Shown: piece after piece, positions 12,373 to 26,572 of the stretch | Layout: every line of letters starts with the position of its first letter | Numbering within the stretch: the first letter of the stretch is position 1 | Assembly: GCA_964016885.1 (NCBI GenBank) | Contig: OZ024741.1 | Coordinates: 317,254,001 to 317,318,000 of the forward strand | Reading direction: 5' to 3' | Length of the DNA: 64,000 bases | From: Eledone cirrhosa | Taxonomy: Eukaryota | Notes under the pieces: model-generated | Seen by the model: the letters and a program-made list of their open reading frames with translations, nothing else | What the model was told of the DNA's origin: nothing | Databases searched by the model: none | Made by a program: the position numbers and the translations under genes

Positions 12373-14229
12373 CTATTTTGGTGTTGAAAGTGAAGAAAGA
12401 AAAGCACTTACCTCTCCGGGTCGCGTAATTTCCATGGCATCAGGTGTGTTGGGTGGAGGGATGTTTTGTGGTGGTGTGGGGGTACACGTGTGTGGTGGGG
12501 TTGGGGTATTTGGAGTTGTGTCAGGGAGAGGGGCGGTTATGGGGAAATCTTTCAAGAGGACGCGATTCAACGGTTTTAAACAGGGGGGGCTCACGTCCCG
12601 TCTAAATTGTTCTTTTAAGGAACGATAAAGGTCCAGAGGGACCTTTATCATTTTTAAATGGGTGAAGTTCTCTGTTGAGATAAAGTTTGGCCCTTCGGTC
12701 TGCACCATAGGGTTATTGTTTATTAATTTAACCAGTTTTTTGTTTTCTTTATTTATATATGTGTATTGCAACGTCTTTTTTTGTGATGCTGTCAATGTTT
12801 CGGAGAGGGGAGGCGCAGATTTATTTTTGTTTGTTGAGGGTGGGGTGTTTTTGATTGGAGTTGGTGTTTGTGTGTGGGTTATTTGTGGTGTGCTGGGTGT
12901 GTGTTTTCTTTTTTTTCTTTTAACTTGTCTGAAGGCTTCTCCTCCTTCTTCTTCAGAAGTTGGGGAAACTCTTCAGCGCTAGGTGGGAGGGACGTGTTGT
13001 GTGGTTGTTTTTTTTTGCGGGAGGGGTAGATTTGTTACTGTTTTTTTTTTTTTTATTTGTTTGGAATGGGTTTTGTGGTGGTGGTGGTAATGTTTGTGTC
13101 GTGCTTGTGGTTGGTGATGGTGGTGGTGATGTTTGTGTTGTGGTTGGTGGTGGTGATTTTTGTGTCGTGTTTGTGTTTGGTGGTGGTGGTGGTGATGTTT
13201 GTGTTGTGTTTGTGGTTGGTGGTGTCTGTATTTTGTTTGCTGTGTGTGGTATTAGTGTATTTTTGGAGGTGGGTGGTGTTGGTGTACTGTTTGTGGTGGG
13301 TGTGGGCAATAGTCCTTTTTGGGGGATACGTTTCGGGCAGTTAGCCTTAACGTGTCCCCTTTCCATGCATAAATAGCATGCTGGTCTTCTCCCCTCTACA
13401 ATTATGTCTATTGGGGTAAGGTCATCCAGCCAGATGCGATCCGGGATTTGTGCTATTCTTTCGGGCCTCATTTGGACTAGTATGTCGAGGCCCATTCCCA
13501 GGAACGCATCTCCAGTTGCCTTCCCCATTGACAGCATTGTGTCTTCGCCCATATCAATGAAGCCAGCAATAGCCCACCAGAAGTCCATTGTGGGCAGCAT
13601 TGTTTTTACTTTTACTCTCTGTGTTCTTCTATCCATGTAGGAGGGATAGAAGCTATATGTTGTCGATGAGAGTGGGCTTAGGGAAAGCTTCTCCGCCGTT
13701 TCCTTGTCTCTTGTTAGGACCGAAATGCTGCCATAGAGTCGGTCCTTTCGTATGAAGAGAATATTCTTCATATAGTCTTTTAGGACTAACTCTATTTCCA
13801 TTTGGCTGGGCTGTGCTGGCTTTCTTGTCTGGTTCAGTATATGTAGAGAACTGTGTTTTCTGCTCTGGCTTTCTTGAATTCTGGGGGGGAGTTAATGGAA
13901 AACATTCCGTTCTCCCCCAAAACAATGTGTTTCTTTGCTTCGACCAGTTTTTCTCTGGCGGCAGTTAGGTCAATTGGTGTGTATGTAATGGATTGTTTTG
14001 TTTTCTGGGCGAAAGTTGCCCTGTTGTTATTTGTATTATTTTCTGTTTGTTTGTTTTCTGTTTGCTCATTTTCCTTAACATTTGTTTTTTCATTTTCTTT
14101 GTTTGTTTCATTGTCTAATTTTGTTGTAATTATTTTTTGTTTTTCAGACTTGGGGGGCGTGGCAGAGCTAATGGCAGACATGTCTGCCATCTTTTCCGCC
14201 ATGCTGCCAAGAAAGAAATTTTTCGGCAA
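12373..14229 (-). pseudogene. Tx1 ORF1 of copy A, split into three frames
   Basis: CCHC knuckle CYLCMERGHVKANC, Pro/Thr-rich linker, and homology to the copy D ORF1. Confidence 0.85.
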
Positions 14230-14643
14230 AAATAGATATTTATTTTACCCCCTAAAAAGGGGGTAAATGCAAAAATGTTTCCCTAAAAAACAGGGGTTAG
14301 TGTTCCAAATGTGTTGCACTGAAAAATTTATCCGGTACTTACAATAGTAAGGGTAAATCCCGATGGAATAGCGGAGCCGATGTGAAGCGTGTCTTACTCT
14401 ATCAAGATAGATAGATAGATAGATAGATGAAAAACACGATTGTGTTCAAGTTAGGTTTTATTTATTAAGATTTTACTTTCTCTTCGTATTTCCTTATGAG
14501 ATTTTGGATTGGAACAATAACGTTCCTGGATCCATCACTATATAAATGTTTCCTGTCTTCCTTGTTATTACGAGGACAAAGAATAATCTGTTACATTTTA
14601 CTGTTGCATCTTTGGTGTAAAAGGTTCGTCACGTTGTAGGAAG

Positions 14644-14852
14644 GGAATAATGATTTCTAGTATGGGCACAAGGTCAGTAATTTGGGGCGAGGGGAAAGTC
14701 GATTAAATCGACCCCCAGTACGTTACTGGTGCTTTATTTTATCGACCCCGTAAGGATGAAAGGCAGGATTTGAACTCAGACCGTAAAGGGCCGTAACCCT
14801 ATGCTGCAAAGCATGGAGTCAGACGCTCTACCGATACTGCCAATCCACCGCC
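14644..14852 (-). mobile_element. tRNA-derived SINE, family S1
   Basis: Reverse complement of the GGATTGGCAGTATCGGTAGAG...GAGTTCAAATCC (A/B box)...CCTTTCATCCTTACGGGGTCGATAAAATAAAG consensus seen repeatedly in this window. Confidence 0.85.
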
Positions 14853-14916
14853 CTAGTAGGAAGGGAATAATAAGAGAGAAGAGAGAGAGAGAGAGTTATG
14901 GAGTGAATGGCTATGA

Positions 14917-15734
14917 TTGTGGTGGTAGTGGTGGTAGTGGTGGTGGTGATGGTGGTGTTTGTGGGCGAGGGACTAATGGCGGCGAATGGTTGTGGTGGCG
15001 GTGGTGTTGCTGGTGATGGTGCTGATGGTTGTGATAGTGTTGGTGTTGGTGTTCGTTGTGGTGGTTGTGGTGCTGTTGATGGTGTTTGTAGTGTTGTGGT
15101 GATGTTGGTGGTGGTTGTGGTGGTAGCCGTGGTGGTTGTGATGGTGCTAGTGGAGGTAGTGGGTGTTAATGGGGAGGAAACGTAGAGGGGGTGAATGGTG
15201 GTGGTGTGGTGTTGCTGCTGGTAGTATTGGTGCTGGTGAGGAGGAAGTGAAGTGGGGGTGAATGGTTGTGGTGGTGGTAGGGGTAGGGGGTAGCGCTAGT
15301 GGTGGGGGTAGGGGGTAGCGCTGGTGGTGGGGTTCGGGGCTATAGTGCTGGTGGTGGTGGTGGTGGCGGTGGTGGTGGTGATGGTGATGGTGTTGGTGGT
15401 GTTTGTTGTGGTTGTGGTGATTGTGGTGGTAGTGGAGAAGGTGAAAGTGGAGGTACTGGTACTGGTGGTGGTAGTGGTGGAGGTGCTGGTGAGGAGGAAG
15501 TGTAGTGGGGGTGAACGATTGTGGTGGTGGTAGTGGTGGTGGTGGTGGTGGTGGTGATCGTGGTGGTGGCAGTGGTGGTGTTGGTGGCAGTGGTGGTTGT
15601 GGTAGTTGTGGAGAAGGTGAAAGTGGAGGTACTGATATCGGTGCTGATGGTGGTGGTGGTGATGGTGGTGTTGTTGGAGGCGAGAATGTCCAAGGAATAC
15701 ATTAACCTACAAAACACTGTAGAGGAACACGATC

Positions 15735-15778
<44 letters not shown>

Positions 15779-16432
15779 ATAGATACACACACACATAAAT
15801 ACACACACACACACATACATACACACAGACTCGCACACACGCACACTCACATAAACAGATGTAACTACACAAATATTCACACACTAACTATAAGCACTTG
15901 GTGGTGGTGTTTGTAGTAGTAGTAGTATTAGTAGTAGTAGTAGTAGTGGTGGTGGTGGTGGTGGTGGTGGTGGTGGTGGTGGTGGTGGTGGTGGTGGTGG
16001 TGGTGGTGGTGGTGGCGATGTTGGTAGTGGTGGTGGTGGCGACGGTGGCGGCGGCGGCGATGGGGGGGGGGTAGTGGTGATGGTGGTGGTGGCGATGGTG
16101 GTGGTGGCAGTGGTGGGGAGGGGGGCAGTGGTGGTGGTGACAGTAGTGGTGGTAGCGATGGTGGTAGTGGTGGTGGTGGTGGCGATGGTGGTGGTGGCAG
16201 TAGTGGCGATGGTGATGATAGTGGTGGTGGTAGTGGTGGCGGCGATGGTGGTAGTTGTGGTGGTGGCGATGGAGGTCGTGGTAGTGGTGGTGGCAGTGGT
16301 GGTGGTTGTGGTGGTAGTAGTGGCAGTGGTGGTGGTGATGGTGGTGGGGGCGATGGTGTCGGTGGCAGTGGTGGTGGTGGTGGTGTGGTGGTGGCAATGG
16401 TGGTGGTGGTGGCGGTGGTGGTGGTGGTGGTG
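14917..16432. repeat. Degenerate (GGT)n low-complexity tracts with a (CA)n insert
   Basis: Directly visible; source of spurious poly-V/T/H/P ORFs. Confidence 0.9.
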
Positions 16433-17282
16433 TATCTTTACCTGCAATATCTACATAGCATCAGTAAAAAAAAAATTGCTACTCATGTGACATGTGACTA
16501 GGTTGTGTGTGTGTCACTGTGTGTGTGTGTGTGTGTATACATGGTGTATAGTATGTGAATGTGTGTAGTGGTGTGTTGTGTGATGATGTTTGTGCGCTAT
16601 TGTACACTGTGTAGGTGTTTTGTCCGTGTATATTGTAGTGTGTAAGTATGTGTGTGTGTGTGTGTGTGTGTGTGTTTGTGATAGGTGCCATGTATGTGCA
16701 TAATGTATGGTGTTTGTATGTGTGCTTAGTGTCTACATGTGTGTGAGTGTGTATGATGTGTGTGATGTGTGTGATATGTGGATATGGGATGCGTGCGTGT
16801 AAGTGATGTATGTGTATATGATGTGTGTGTGTGTATGTGATGTGTATGTATGTGTTGTGTATGTATGTGCTGTGTGTGTTTATGTGGTGTGTGCGTATGT
16901 GATGTGGGCGGTGTATGTGTATGTGTGTGATCTATGTGTATGCGATGTTTGTGTGTAAGACGTATGTGTATATGATGTGTATATATGATGTGTGTGTATA
17001 TGCTGGGTGTATGTGCTGTGTGTATGTGTTGTTTGTTTATGTGAGGAGTGTATGTAATGTGTTTGTGTGTATATGATGTACGAGTGTATAGGATGTGTGT
17101 GTGTGAATGTGTGATGCCTGTGTGTATACGATGTGTATATGTGTATGTATGTGTGTGCAGTGCTAGTGTAAAGTGCAGTAGGACGTTACAGCAGCAACTG
17201 CAATACTTGCACGATGTCTGATGTGAGAAATTGTCATGTCTGCAACATTTCTGCATTAGTGTGCAGCTGTGTAATATACTGC

Positions 17283-19505
17283 ACATACTACATTACACCA
17301 CACTACACTACATTACACTACACTACATTACACCACATTACACTACACTACACTACATTACACTACATTACACCACACTACACTACACTACACTACATTA
17401 CATTACACTACATTACACCACACTACACTACACTACACTACATTACACTACACTACACTACATTACACTACACCACACTACACTACATTACACCACACTA
17501 CATTACATTACACTACATTACACCACACTACACTACACTACACTACATTACATTACACTACATTACACCACACTACACTACACTACACTACATTACACTA
17601 CACTACACTACATTACACTACACCACACTACACTACATTACACCACACTACATTACATTACACTACATTACACCACACTACACTACACTACACTACATTA
17701 CATTACACTACATTACACCACACTACACTACACTACACTACATTACACTACACTACACTACATTACACTACACCACACTACACTACATTACACCACACTA
17801 CATTACACCACACTACACTACATTACACTACATTACATTACACTACATTACACCACACTACACTACATTACACTACATTACACCACACTACACTACATTA
17901 CACTACACTACACTACACTACATTACACTACACCACACTACACTACATTACACCACACTACTCTACATTACACTACACTACACTACATTACACTATATTA
18001 CATTACACTACATTATACCACACTACACTACACTACACTACACTACATTACACTACACCACACTACACTACATTACACCACACTACTCTACATTACACTA
18101 CACTACACTACATTACACTATATTACATTACACTACATTATACCACACTACATTACACTACATTACACCACACTACCCTACATTACACCACACTACATTA
18201 CACCACACTACATGACACTACACTACACTACATTACACTACACTACACTACACTACACTACACTACACTACACTACACTACATCACACTACATTACACTA
18301 CACTGCACTACACTAAACTGTATTACACTACACTACACTACACTACACTACACTAAACCACACTACATTACACTACACTACACTACATTACACTACACTA
18401 CACTACACTACATTACACTACACTACACTACACCACACTACATTACACTGCACTACACTACACTACATTACACTACACTACACCACACTAGATTACACTA
18501 CACTACATTACACCACACTAGATTACACTACACTACACTTCATTACACTACACTACACTACATTACACTACACTACACTACACTACGTTACACTACATTA
18601 GACTACACTACATTACACTATACTACACTACACTACACTACATTAGACTACACTACACTACACTACATTACACTACACCGCACTACACTACACTACATTA
18701 CACTACACTACATTACACTATACTACACTACACTACACCGCACTACACTACACTACACTACATTACACTACACTACATTATACTACACTACACTACACTA
18801 CACTACACTACACTACACTACACTACACTACACTACACTACACTATACTACACCACACAACACTACACTACATTACACTACACTACACTACATTACACTA
18901 CACTACATTACACTACACTACACTATACTACACCACACAACACTACACTACATTACACTACACTACACTACATTACACTACACTACACTACACTACACTA
19001 CACTACACTACACTACATTACACTACACTACACTATACTACACCACACAACACTACACTACATTACACTACACTACACTACATTACACTACACTACATTA
19101 CACTACACTACACTACACTACATTACACTACACTACATTACACTACACTACATTACACTACACTACACTACACTACACTACACTACACTACACTACATTA
19201 CACTACACTACACTATACTACACCACACAACACTACACTACATTACACTACACTACACTACATTACACTACACTACATTACACTACACTACACTACACTA
19301 CATTACACTACACTACATTACACTACACTACATTACACTACACTACACTATACTACACCACACAACACTACACTACATTACACTACACTACACTACACTA
19401 CACTACACTACATTACACTACACTACACTATACTACACCACACAACACTACACTACATTACACTACACTACACTACATTACACTACACTACATTACACTA
19501 CACTA
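17283..19505. repeat. Pentanucleotide satellite (CACTA/CATTA/CACCA)n, ~2.2 kb
   Basis: Directly visible 5-bp periodicity with ~120-bp higher-order blocks at ~17380-17780. Confidence 0.97.
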
Positions 19506-19542
19506 CAATAGTAGTAAAGTGCAGCTATACAATGTACTACAC

Positions 19543-20165
19543 GGATTGGCAGTATCGGTTGAGCGTCGGACAACATGTTTTATGGCATACGGTTACGACT
19601 CGTTAGGATCTGAGTTCAAATCTTGCTGTGGTTAGCTTTGCCTTTCATTATTAGGGTGTCCAAGACGGTGGATTGGCAGTATCGGTAGAGGGTCGGACGC
19701 CATGCTTTGAAGCATAGAGTTACCTCCCTGTATGATCTGAGTTCAAATCCCGCCGAGGTTAACTTTGCCTTTCATCCTTACGGGGTCGATAAAATAAAGT
19801 ACCAGTCATACACTGGATAATTGCTGGCGTTGTGCCAAAAGTAGAAACAATGATTAGGGTGTCCATTAAATAAAGTACCAGTAATGCACTGAAGTTGATT
19901 AAATCGACTTTTCCTTCCCCAAAAATTGTTGGCCTTATGCCTAAATCAGAAACCATTATATTATTATACAAAGGCAGGGGATTGGCAGTATCGGTAGAGG
20001 GTCGGACGCCATGCTTTGACGCATAGAGTTACGGCCCTTGCCATTCTGAGTTCAAATCCCGCCAAGGTTAACTTTGCCTTTCATCCTTACGGGGTCGATA
20101 AAATAAAGTACCAGTAATACACTGGGTTATTGTGCCAAAAGTAGAAACAATTATATTATTATACA
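19543..20165 (+). mobile_element. Cluster of three S1 SINE copies (~19543-19650 partial, ~19665-19965, ~19975-20165)
   Basis: Repeated A-box head GATTGGCAGTATCGG, B-box GAGTTCAAATC, central CCTTTCATCCTTACGGGGTCGATAAA, and (ATT)n tails. Confidence 0.88.
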
Positions 20166-20794
20166 CTGTATTGTACCGTACAACAGAAGTAGAATGCAGC
20201 TGTACAGTCCTCCTACAAATACAGCTCCACACTATACTGTAATACACTATACAATTTAATTTGATTTTCTTTCGATTTTTAATTTATTTTATCGTTTTAT
20301 TTTCTACTGTTGTTTTATTTTGTTTCATATTATTTATTCAATTTTACTTTATTCAAATTTTATTTATTTTTAAGGGTTTTTATTATTTTCTTTATTATAG
20401 TTTTGATTTTTATTAGCAAAATTTACAAAGCATAAGATAAATAAATAAATTATTTTAAAAAAATATGAAAAATAAATAAAATAAAAATGAAATCAATTCT
20501 AAAAAATGAAAAATAAAAATAATAAACAAAAGATAATATAAAGTTATATAACAAATAAAATGAAAAATGAATTAAAATATTTTTTTTAATGAAATAAAAT
20601 TAAAGCTAAAATAAAAACGAAAAGAAAATAATACTGTAAAATAGAATATTAAATGAAATAAAATATTTAAAATTAAATTTTTGAAAATAAACAAAATATA
20701 AAACTCATATTATAAAGCTGGTGTTTTGTGGTGTAAAAAGTTCGTCACGCTGGGAATGGGATAGTAAGAGTGTAGGTGGGCCGGGGTAGAGAGT

Positions 20795-21345
20795 GAATGG
20801 TGGTGGTACTGCTGGTGTTGCTGCTGGGACTGATGCTGGTGCTGGTGTGAATGGCGGTGATGCTGGTGATGCTGGTGATGATGGTGCTTGTGGTGCTTGA
20901 GGTGCTCGTCGTGTTGTTGCGACTGCTTGTGATGCTGGTGATGGTGTTTGTAGTGGTGTGGATGGTGGTGATGGTGTTTGTACTGCTTGTGGTGCTGCTG
21001 GTGATAGTGGTGGTGGTGTTGGTGGTGGTGGTGCGCTGTTGATGGTGTTGTTGGTACTGGTGGAGGTGCTGGTACTGGTGGTGGTGGTGGTGGTGGTGGC
21101 GGTGATGGTGGTGCTATTGCTGGTGGGGGTGGGGGGTGCTATTGCTGGTGAGGGTGGTGGTGGCGGCGGTGGTGGTGGTGGTGGAGCTTGTGGTGCTGGT
21201 GGTGATGATGGTGGCGGTGTTGGAGGTGCTGGTGGTTCCAGTGGTGGTGCTGGTGCCTGTGGTGAAGCTGGTGCCTGTGGTAGTGTTGGTGGTGCTGGAG
21301 GTACTGGTGGTAGTGCTGCTCCTGGTGATGATGATGGTGGTGTTT
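20795..21345. repeat. Degenerate (GGT/GCT)n low-complexity tract
   Basis: Visible; translates on the minus strand to a Pro/Ala-rich ORF (20705..21349). Confidence 0.75.
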
Positions 21346-21489
21346 CCATAGAAAAGAGATGCTAAGTGTGTGTGTAAAACAGAAAGACAGGGAAGATTTA
21401 CCTATGTTGTTTATTGTTATTACTAAAAGTTGTTTATCCTCAAATTATAAATAAGTAAAATATTCCATTTTGATACTTTCTGTCATTCG

Positions 21490-21550
<61 letters not shown>

Positions 21551-21640
21551 ATGGAGGCGGCAAAAACCAGTTAGACCATTACTCAATACTTGGAGTAGTA
21601 GAGTGGGTAATTTGAAAAATTCAGGACCCCTGAATGTTTC

Positions 21641-21749
<109 letters not shown>

Positions 21750-22517
21750 TGTGTGTGTAAAATATCATATTCATCTTTAATACATGGTGGTTGGTTCTAA
21801 ATTCATAATAGAATCTCCACGGGGTCAGCTAGTTTAAATAGATATGATAAAATAGATTAGTATAAAATAAATAAGACAAGAGAAAATATTAATTCAAATA
21901 AAATATGATAAATGTAATAATATGAAAATAAATCATGTCAAATAAACAGATTTCCTGTCTGACGGCATTGGTCAGAAGGATGTTGTATAAAACAGTAGAC
22001 CCCGGTTCGACTGAGTGGGATTGAACCTGAATCGACGTGGTAACAAGGAGAACTAATTAACCACACAGCTATACCTGCGACTGGATATGTTAATGTTTGG
22101 TGGTATACTTGTATCTACCTATTGGGATCTCTCTCTCATAGATACTTACATACATACATACATATATACATACACACTTTCAAACACACATACATATGAG
22201 TGTATATATACACACATATGTGTATATATACACTCTTACGTGTGTGTATACACACATACGTGTATATATATATATACACATATACGTACATACATACATA
22301 AATACGTATTAAAATCATACATATATACATACACACATGCATGCATGCATACATACACACATACATACGTATACACATAGCAATATACACCGTACACATA
22401 CAGACATAGATACACACACATATATATATACATACACACATCATACATACATACATACAGTGAACAGGGATGTAGGAAAGAGAAGTGGACAGAGCGCCCT
22501 CTATATGAAACGGACCT

Positions 22518-23424
22518 GTGGTGATAGTGGTGGTGGTGGTGGTGGTGGAGGTGATAGTGGAGGTTGTGGTGGTGGTGGTGGAGATTGTGGTATTGGTGTT
22601 GTTGTTGTTGTTGATGTTGATGGTGGTGGTGGTTGTTGAAGTGGTAGTGGTGATGGTTGTGGTAGTGGTGGTACTGGTGGTGGTGGTGTTGGTGGTGGTG
22701 GTGTTGGTGGTGTTGTTGTTGTTGTTGATATTGGTGGTGGTGGTGGTTGCTGAAGAGGCAGTGGTAGTGGTTGTGGTAATTGTGGTAGTGGTGGTGCTGG
22801 TGGTGGTGTTGGTAACGGTGGTGTTGTTGTTGATGTTGGTGGTGGTGGTGGTAGTGGTGATGTTGGTGGTGTCGTTGTTGATGTTGGTGGTTGTAGTAAT
22901 GGTGGTGGTGGTGTTGTTGTTGGTGGTGGTAGTAGTAGTAGTAGTGGTGGTTGTGGTGGTGGTGTTGGTGGTGTTGTTGTTGATGTTGGTGGTTGTAGTA
23001 GTGGTGGTGGTGGTGTTATTGTTGGTGGTGGTAGTAGTAGTAGTAGTGGTGGTTGTGGTGGTGGTGTTGGTGGTGTTGTTGTTGATGTTGGTGGTTGTAG
23101 TAGTGGTGGTGGTGGTGTTGTTGTTGATGTTGGTGGTTGTAGTAGTGGTGGTGGTGGTGGTGTTGTTGATGTTGGTGGTTGTAGTAGTGGTGGTGGTGGT
23201 GTTGTTGTTGATGTTGGTGGTTGTAGTAGTGGTGGTGGTGGTGTTGTTGATGTTGGTGGTTGTAGTAGTGGTGGTGTTGTTGTTGTTGTTGGTAGTAGTA
23301 GTGGTGGTTGTGGTGGTGGTGGTGGTGGTGGTGGTGGTGGCGGTGGTGATGTTGGTGGTGTAGTTGTTGATGTTGGTGGTTGTAGTAGTGGTGGTGGTGG
23401 TGGTGTTGTTGGTGGTGTTGTTGT

Positions 23425-23464
<40 letters not shown>

Positions 23465-23490
23465 TGTGGTGGTGGTGGTGGTGGTGGTGG
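22518..23490. repeat. (GGT/GTT/GTA)n low-complexity tract
   Basis: Directly visible. Confidence 0.92.
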
Positions 23491-23584
23491 AATGAGAACA
23501 GTTTACATGACGGATCGATGGCAAAGCAGAGCTAAATATAGAGCTAGCTCCGCTGTGTATCCAAGCAGCCTGCTCTTCTGTTGA

Positions 23585-23635
<51 letters not shown>

Positions 23636-23662
23636 TACACACATACACACAGACACACATAC

Positions 23663-23705
<43 letters not shown>

Positions 23706-24220
23706 TATAAACTCATACACAAATAAACACACATGTATACATACACTCACATGCATATGTGCACATAGGAATACAAATATAAACATATACACACAAACAC
23801 TCACACACACATTCATTCACATAAGCACACATACACACACGTACCTACATACATATACATACGCATACAAACACACATATGTACACACAAATACATACAT
23901 ACACACACACACGCATGAGAACATGCACAAACACATACATGTATACACAAAATCATAAATATATACATACATATCTTCATACAACCTCTTTCAGTTGAAG
24001 ACACACAGATGTGTATATCTCCTTTAGTTCCTTTCACTTCCTTATGTACAAACGTATGTATATACCTATATATATATGTGTGTGTGTACATGTGTGTGTA
24101 TATATGTGTATATGTATATGTATGTATTTGTGTGTGTGTGTATATATAGAGAGATAGATATATAATGTACGTAGATATGTATACACGCATACACATACGT
24201 ATGTATATATAAATATGTGT

Positions 24221-24257
<37 letters not shown>

Positions 24258-24894
24258 ACTGACGGACATACATACATACACATACATATATAGACATACT
24301 TAAAGGAATACGCTTTTTCAATGCTTTCAATGCATACAATTCTTCCTATATATCTTATATATATACGCGTGTGTGTGTTTGTGTACATGCGTGTGTTTGT
24401 CTGTCTGTGTGTGTGTGTGTGTAGGTCAGGAGTTCACTTTGCAACCACGTGTATGTACGTATGAATGTATGATTATATAGACACATACGGTGAGCTTCTA
24501 CAGTAATGTAGAGACGTTTGGTGATGCCCGGGGCCAACTCTTTCATTGTATGATCCTTAAATCCAACTATAGGCCATAGAACTGAAAAATTGTAGGCAAG
24601 GAAGTCATTTTTAATATAAAAGCACATGACACATAACATAAACATTTCGAATTAATATATAATCGGCCACGTAAGTTTTATCCGAGTAGGCTCGAACTTT
24701 AAGTTAATAAATCTCTCAGTATTTAGATCTGGGCAGAAAACTGGACGCAGATTTTTGATGGGCGTTTGAGAAATCTACGCTTAATAGTTGTATTGAATGG
24801 GCAAAACTGGCTGACTCTTTGGTTATTCCCAAACTACTTGTCTTCACATATTTGACCGGGGCCGTTGCACCTTCCACCTACATCTCTGTACGTC

Positions 24895-25050
24895 ATTGGG
24901 CTTCCGTACAGTTTCCACCTACCAAATTTCACCCACTAGATATTGGCTAACCCATAGCTATAGTAGAATAGTGTCCAAGGTGTCAAGTAGTTGGACTGAA
25001 CACCTAACCACGTGGTTGCGAAGCAAATCTTTTAACCACATAGTCATACC
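24895..25050 (-). mobile_element. Old tRNA-derived SINE fragment (different family from S1)
   Basis: Minus-strand head TGTGGTTAAAAGATTTGCTTCGCAACCACGTGGTTAGGTGTTCAGTCC; similar heads at ~22000-22070 and ~25900-25972. Confidence 0.6.
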
Positions 25051-25179
25051 CGTACATATATTTAATATATGTTTGTATTTATATGTGTGTGTGTCAGTGT
25101 GTGGCTATATATGTATATACGTCAGTGTGTGGCTATATATATGTATGTGTAAAACTGTGTGGATGTAAACATTGTGAAA

Positions 25180-25370
25180 ACATGTGGCTTAGTAGTTAGG
25201 GAGTTCGGTTCACGATCACAGCGAAGGGTTAAGTCCTCGACCAAGACATTTTATTTCAAGTTGCTCCAATCCACTCAGCTGTCACCCATAAATTGCACTT
25301 GTTACTGAAAGGACCAGCCTTGTTATACATTATACCAAGCTGAATCATCCGCTAAGGGTGCACGTGATTA
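25180..25370 (+). mobile_element. Degenerate CORE-type tRNA SINE
   Basis: Head GGCTTAGTAGTTAGGG; CAAGACATTTTATTTCAAGTTGCTCCAATCCACTCAGCTG matches the CORE-like segment of the copy at 52942. Confidence 0.6.
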
Positions 25371-25979
25371 TGTAATATACACGTGCTTGTGTAATCCACG
25401 TGCAACTGGACCATTCTCCGTCGGGACAGGCCGTAGATCGAACATATGTACATATACATGGTTGAATGTACATCTGTACCTAAATGTGTGTGTGTGCGTG
25501 CATTTATGCCTGTGCGTGCGTGTATGTGTGCCTATATGTAATGTGTGCGTGCCTGTATGTATGTGTGTGCCTATATGTAACGTGTGTGCGTGCATGTATG
25601 TGTGTGCCCCTGTGTAATGTGTGAGTGCGTGTATGCATGTGTGCCTGACACACATACACACACACACGTACACTCACATATTCACACACACACACACACA
25701 CTCACACACATTCACACATACTCACACACTCACAAACTCACTCACACACACACTCACATACTCACTCACACACACATTCACACACACACATACACTCACA
25801 CACACTAACATACACGCACTCACAGACACCCACACATAAACACAGACACACTCACACTCATACACACGCATTCAGGCATTGGTCCAACTGAGGATAGAAT
25901 AGAAAGTACTTTCCAGGCAGCGAGACTGATCCCGGAACCATACGGTTGTGGAGAGAACTTCTTAACCACATAAACAACC

Positions 25980-26572
25980 TCCACCACCACCACTACCACC
26001 CACCACCACCACCATCACCACCACCACTACCACCCACCACCACCACCATTACCACCACCATCACCACCACCACTACCACCCACCACCATTACCACCACCA
26101 TCACCACCACCACTACCACCACCACTACCACCACCGTCACCACCACTACCACCACCGTCACCACCACTACCACCACCACCATCACTACCACCACCACCGC
26201 CACCACCACCACCACCACCACCATCACCACCACCACCACTACCACCACCACCACCACAACCATCACTACCACCACCACCACCACCACCAACACTACCACT
26301 ACCACCACCAGCATCACCACTACCACCACCACCACCATCACCACTACTACCACCACCACCACCATCACCACTACTACCACCATCACCACTACTACCACCA
26401 CCACCACCACTACTACCACCATCACCCCTACCACCACCACCACCACCCCTACCACCACCACTACTACCACCACCACCACCACCAGCCCTACCACCACCAC
26501 CACCACCACCCCTACCACCAGCACCACCACCACCACCAATACTACTACCACTACCACCACTACCACCACCTC
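25980..26572. repeat. (CAC/TAC)n trinucleotide tract
   Basis: Directly visible. Confidence 0.93.

Larger units (their letters stand above)
8669..14405 (-). mobile_element. Tx1-clade retrotransposon, copy A; full length (~5.7 kb)
   Basis: 5' UTR, frameshifted ORF1 (13834..14229, 12953..13801, 12373..12795), ORF2 (12134..12367 plus 8931..12086), and 3' UTR with AATAAA. (GATA)n on both sides (8669-8698 and 14406-14428). Confidence 0.95.

Noticed and set aside
12373-12415. GAG|GTAAGT plus pyrimidine tract plus TAG at the ORF1/ORF2 boundary as a mini-intron
   Set aside because: Only ~36 nt, and not clearly conserved in copy D.
19665-19760. tRNA genes at A-box/B-box motifs
   Set aside because: They are heads of multi-copy SINEs that continue into a shared body and tail; no complete cloverleaf.
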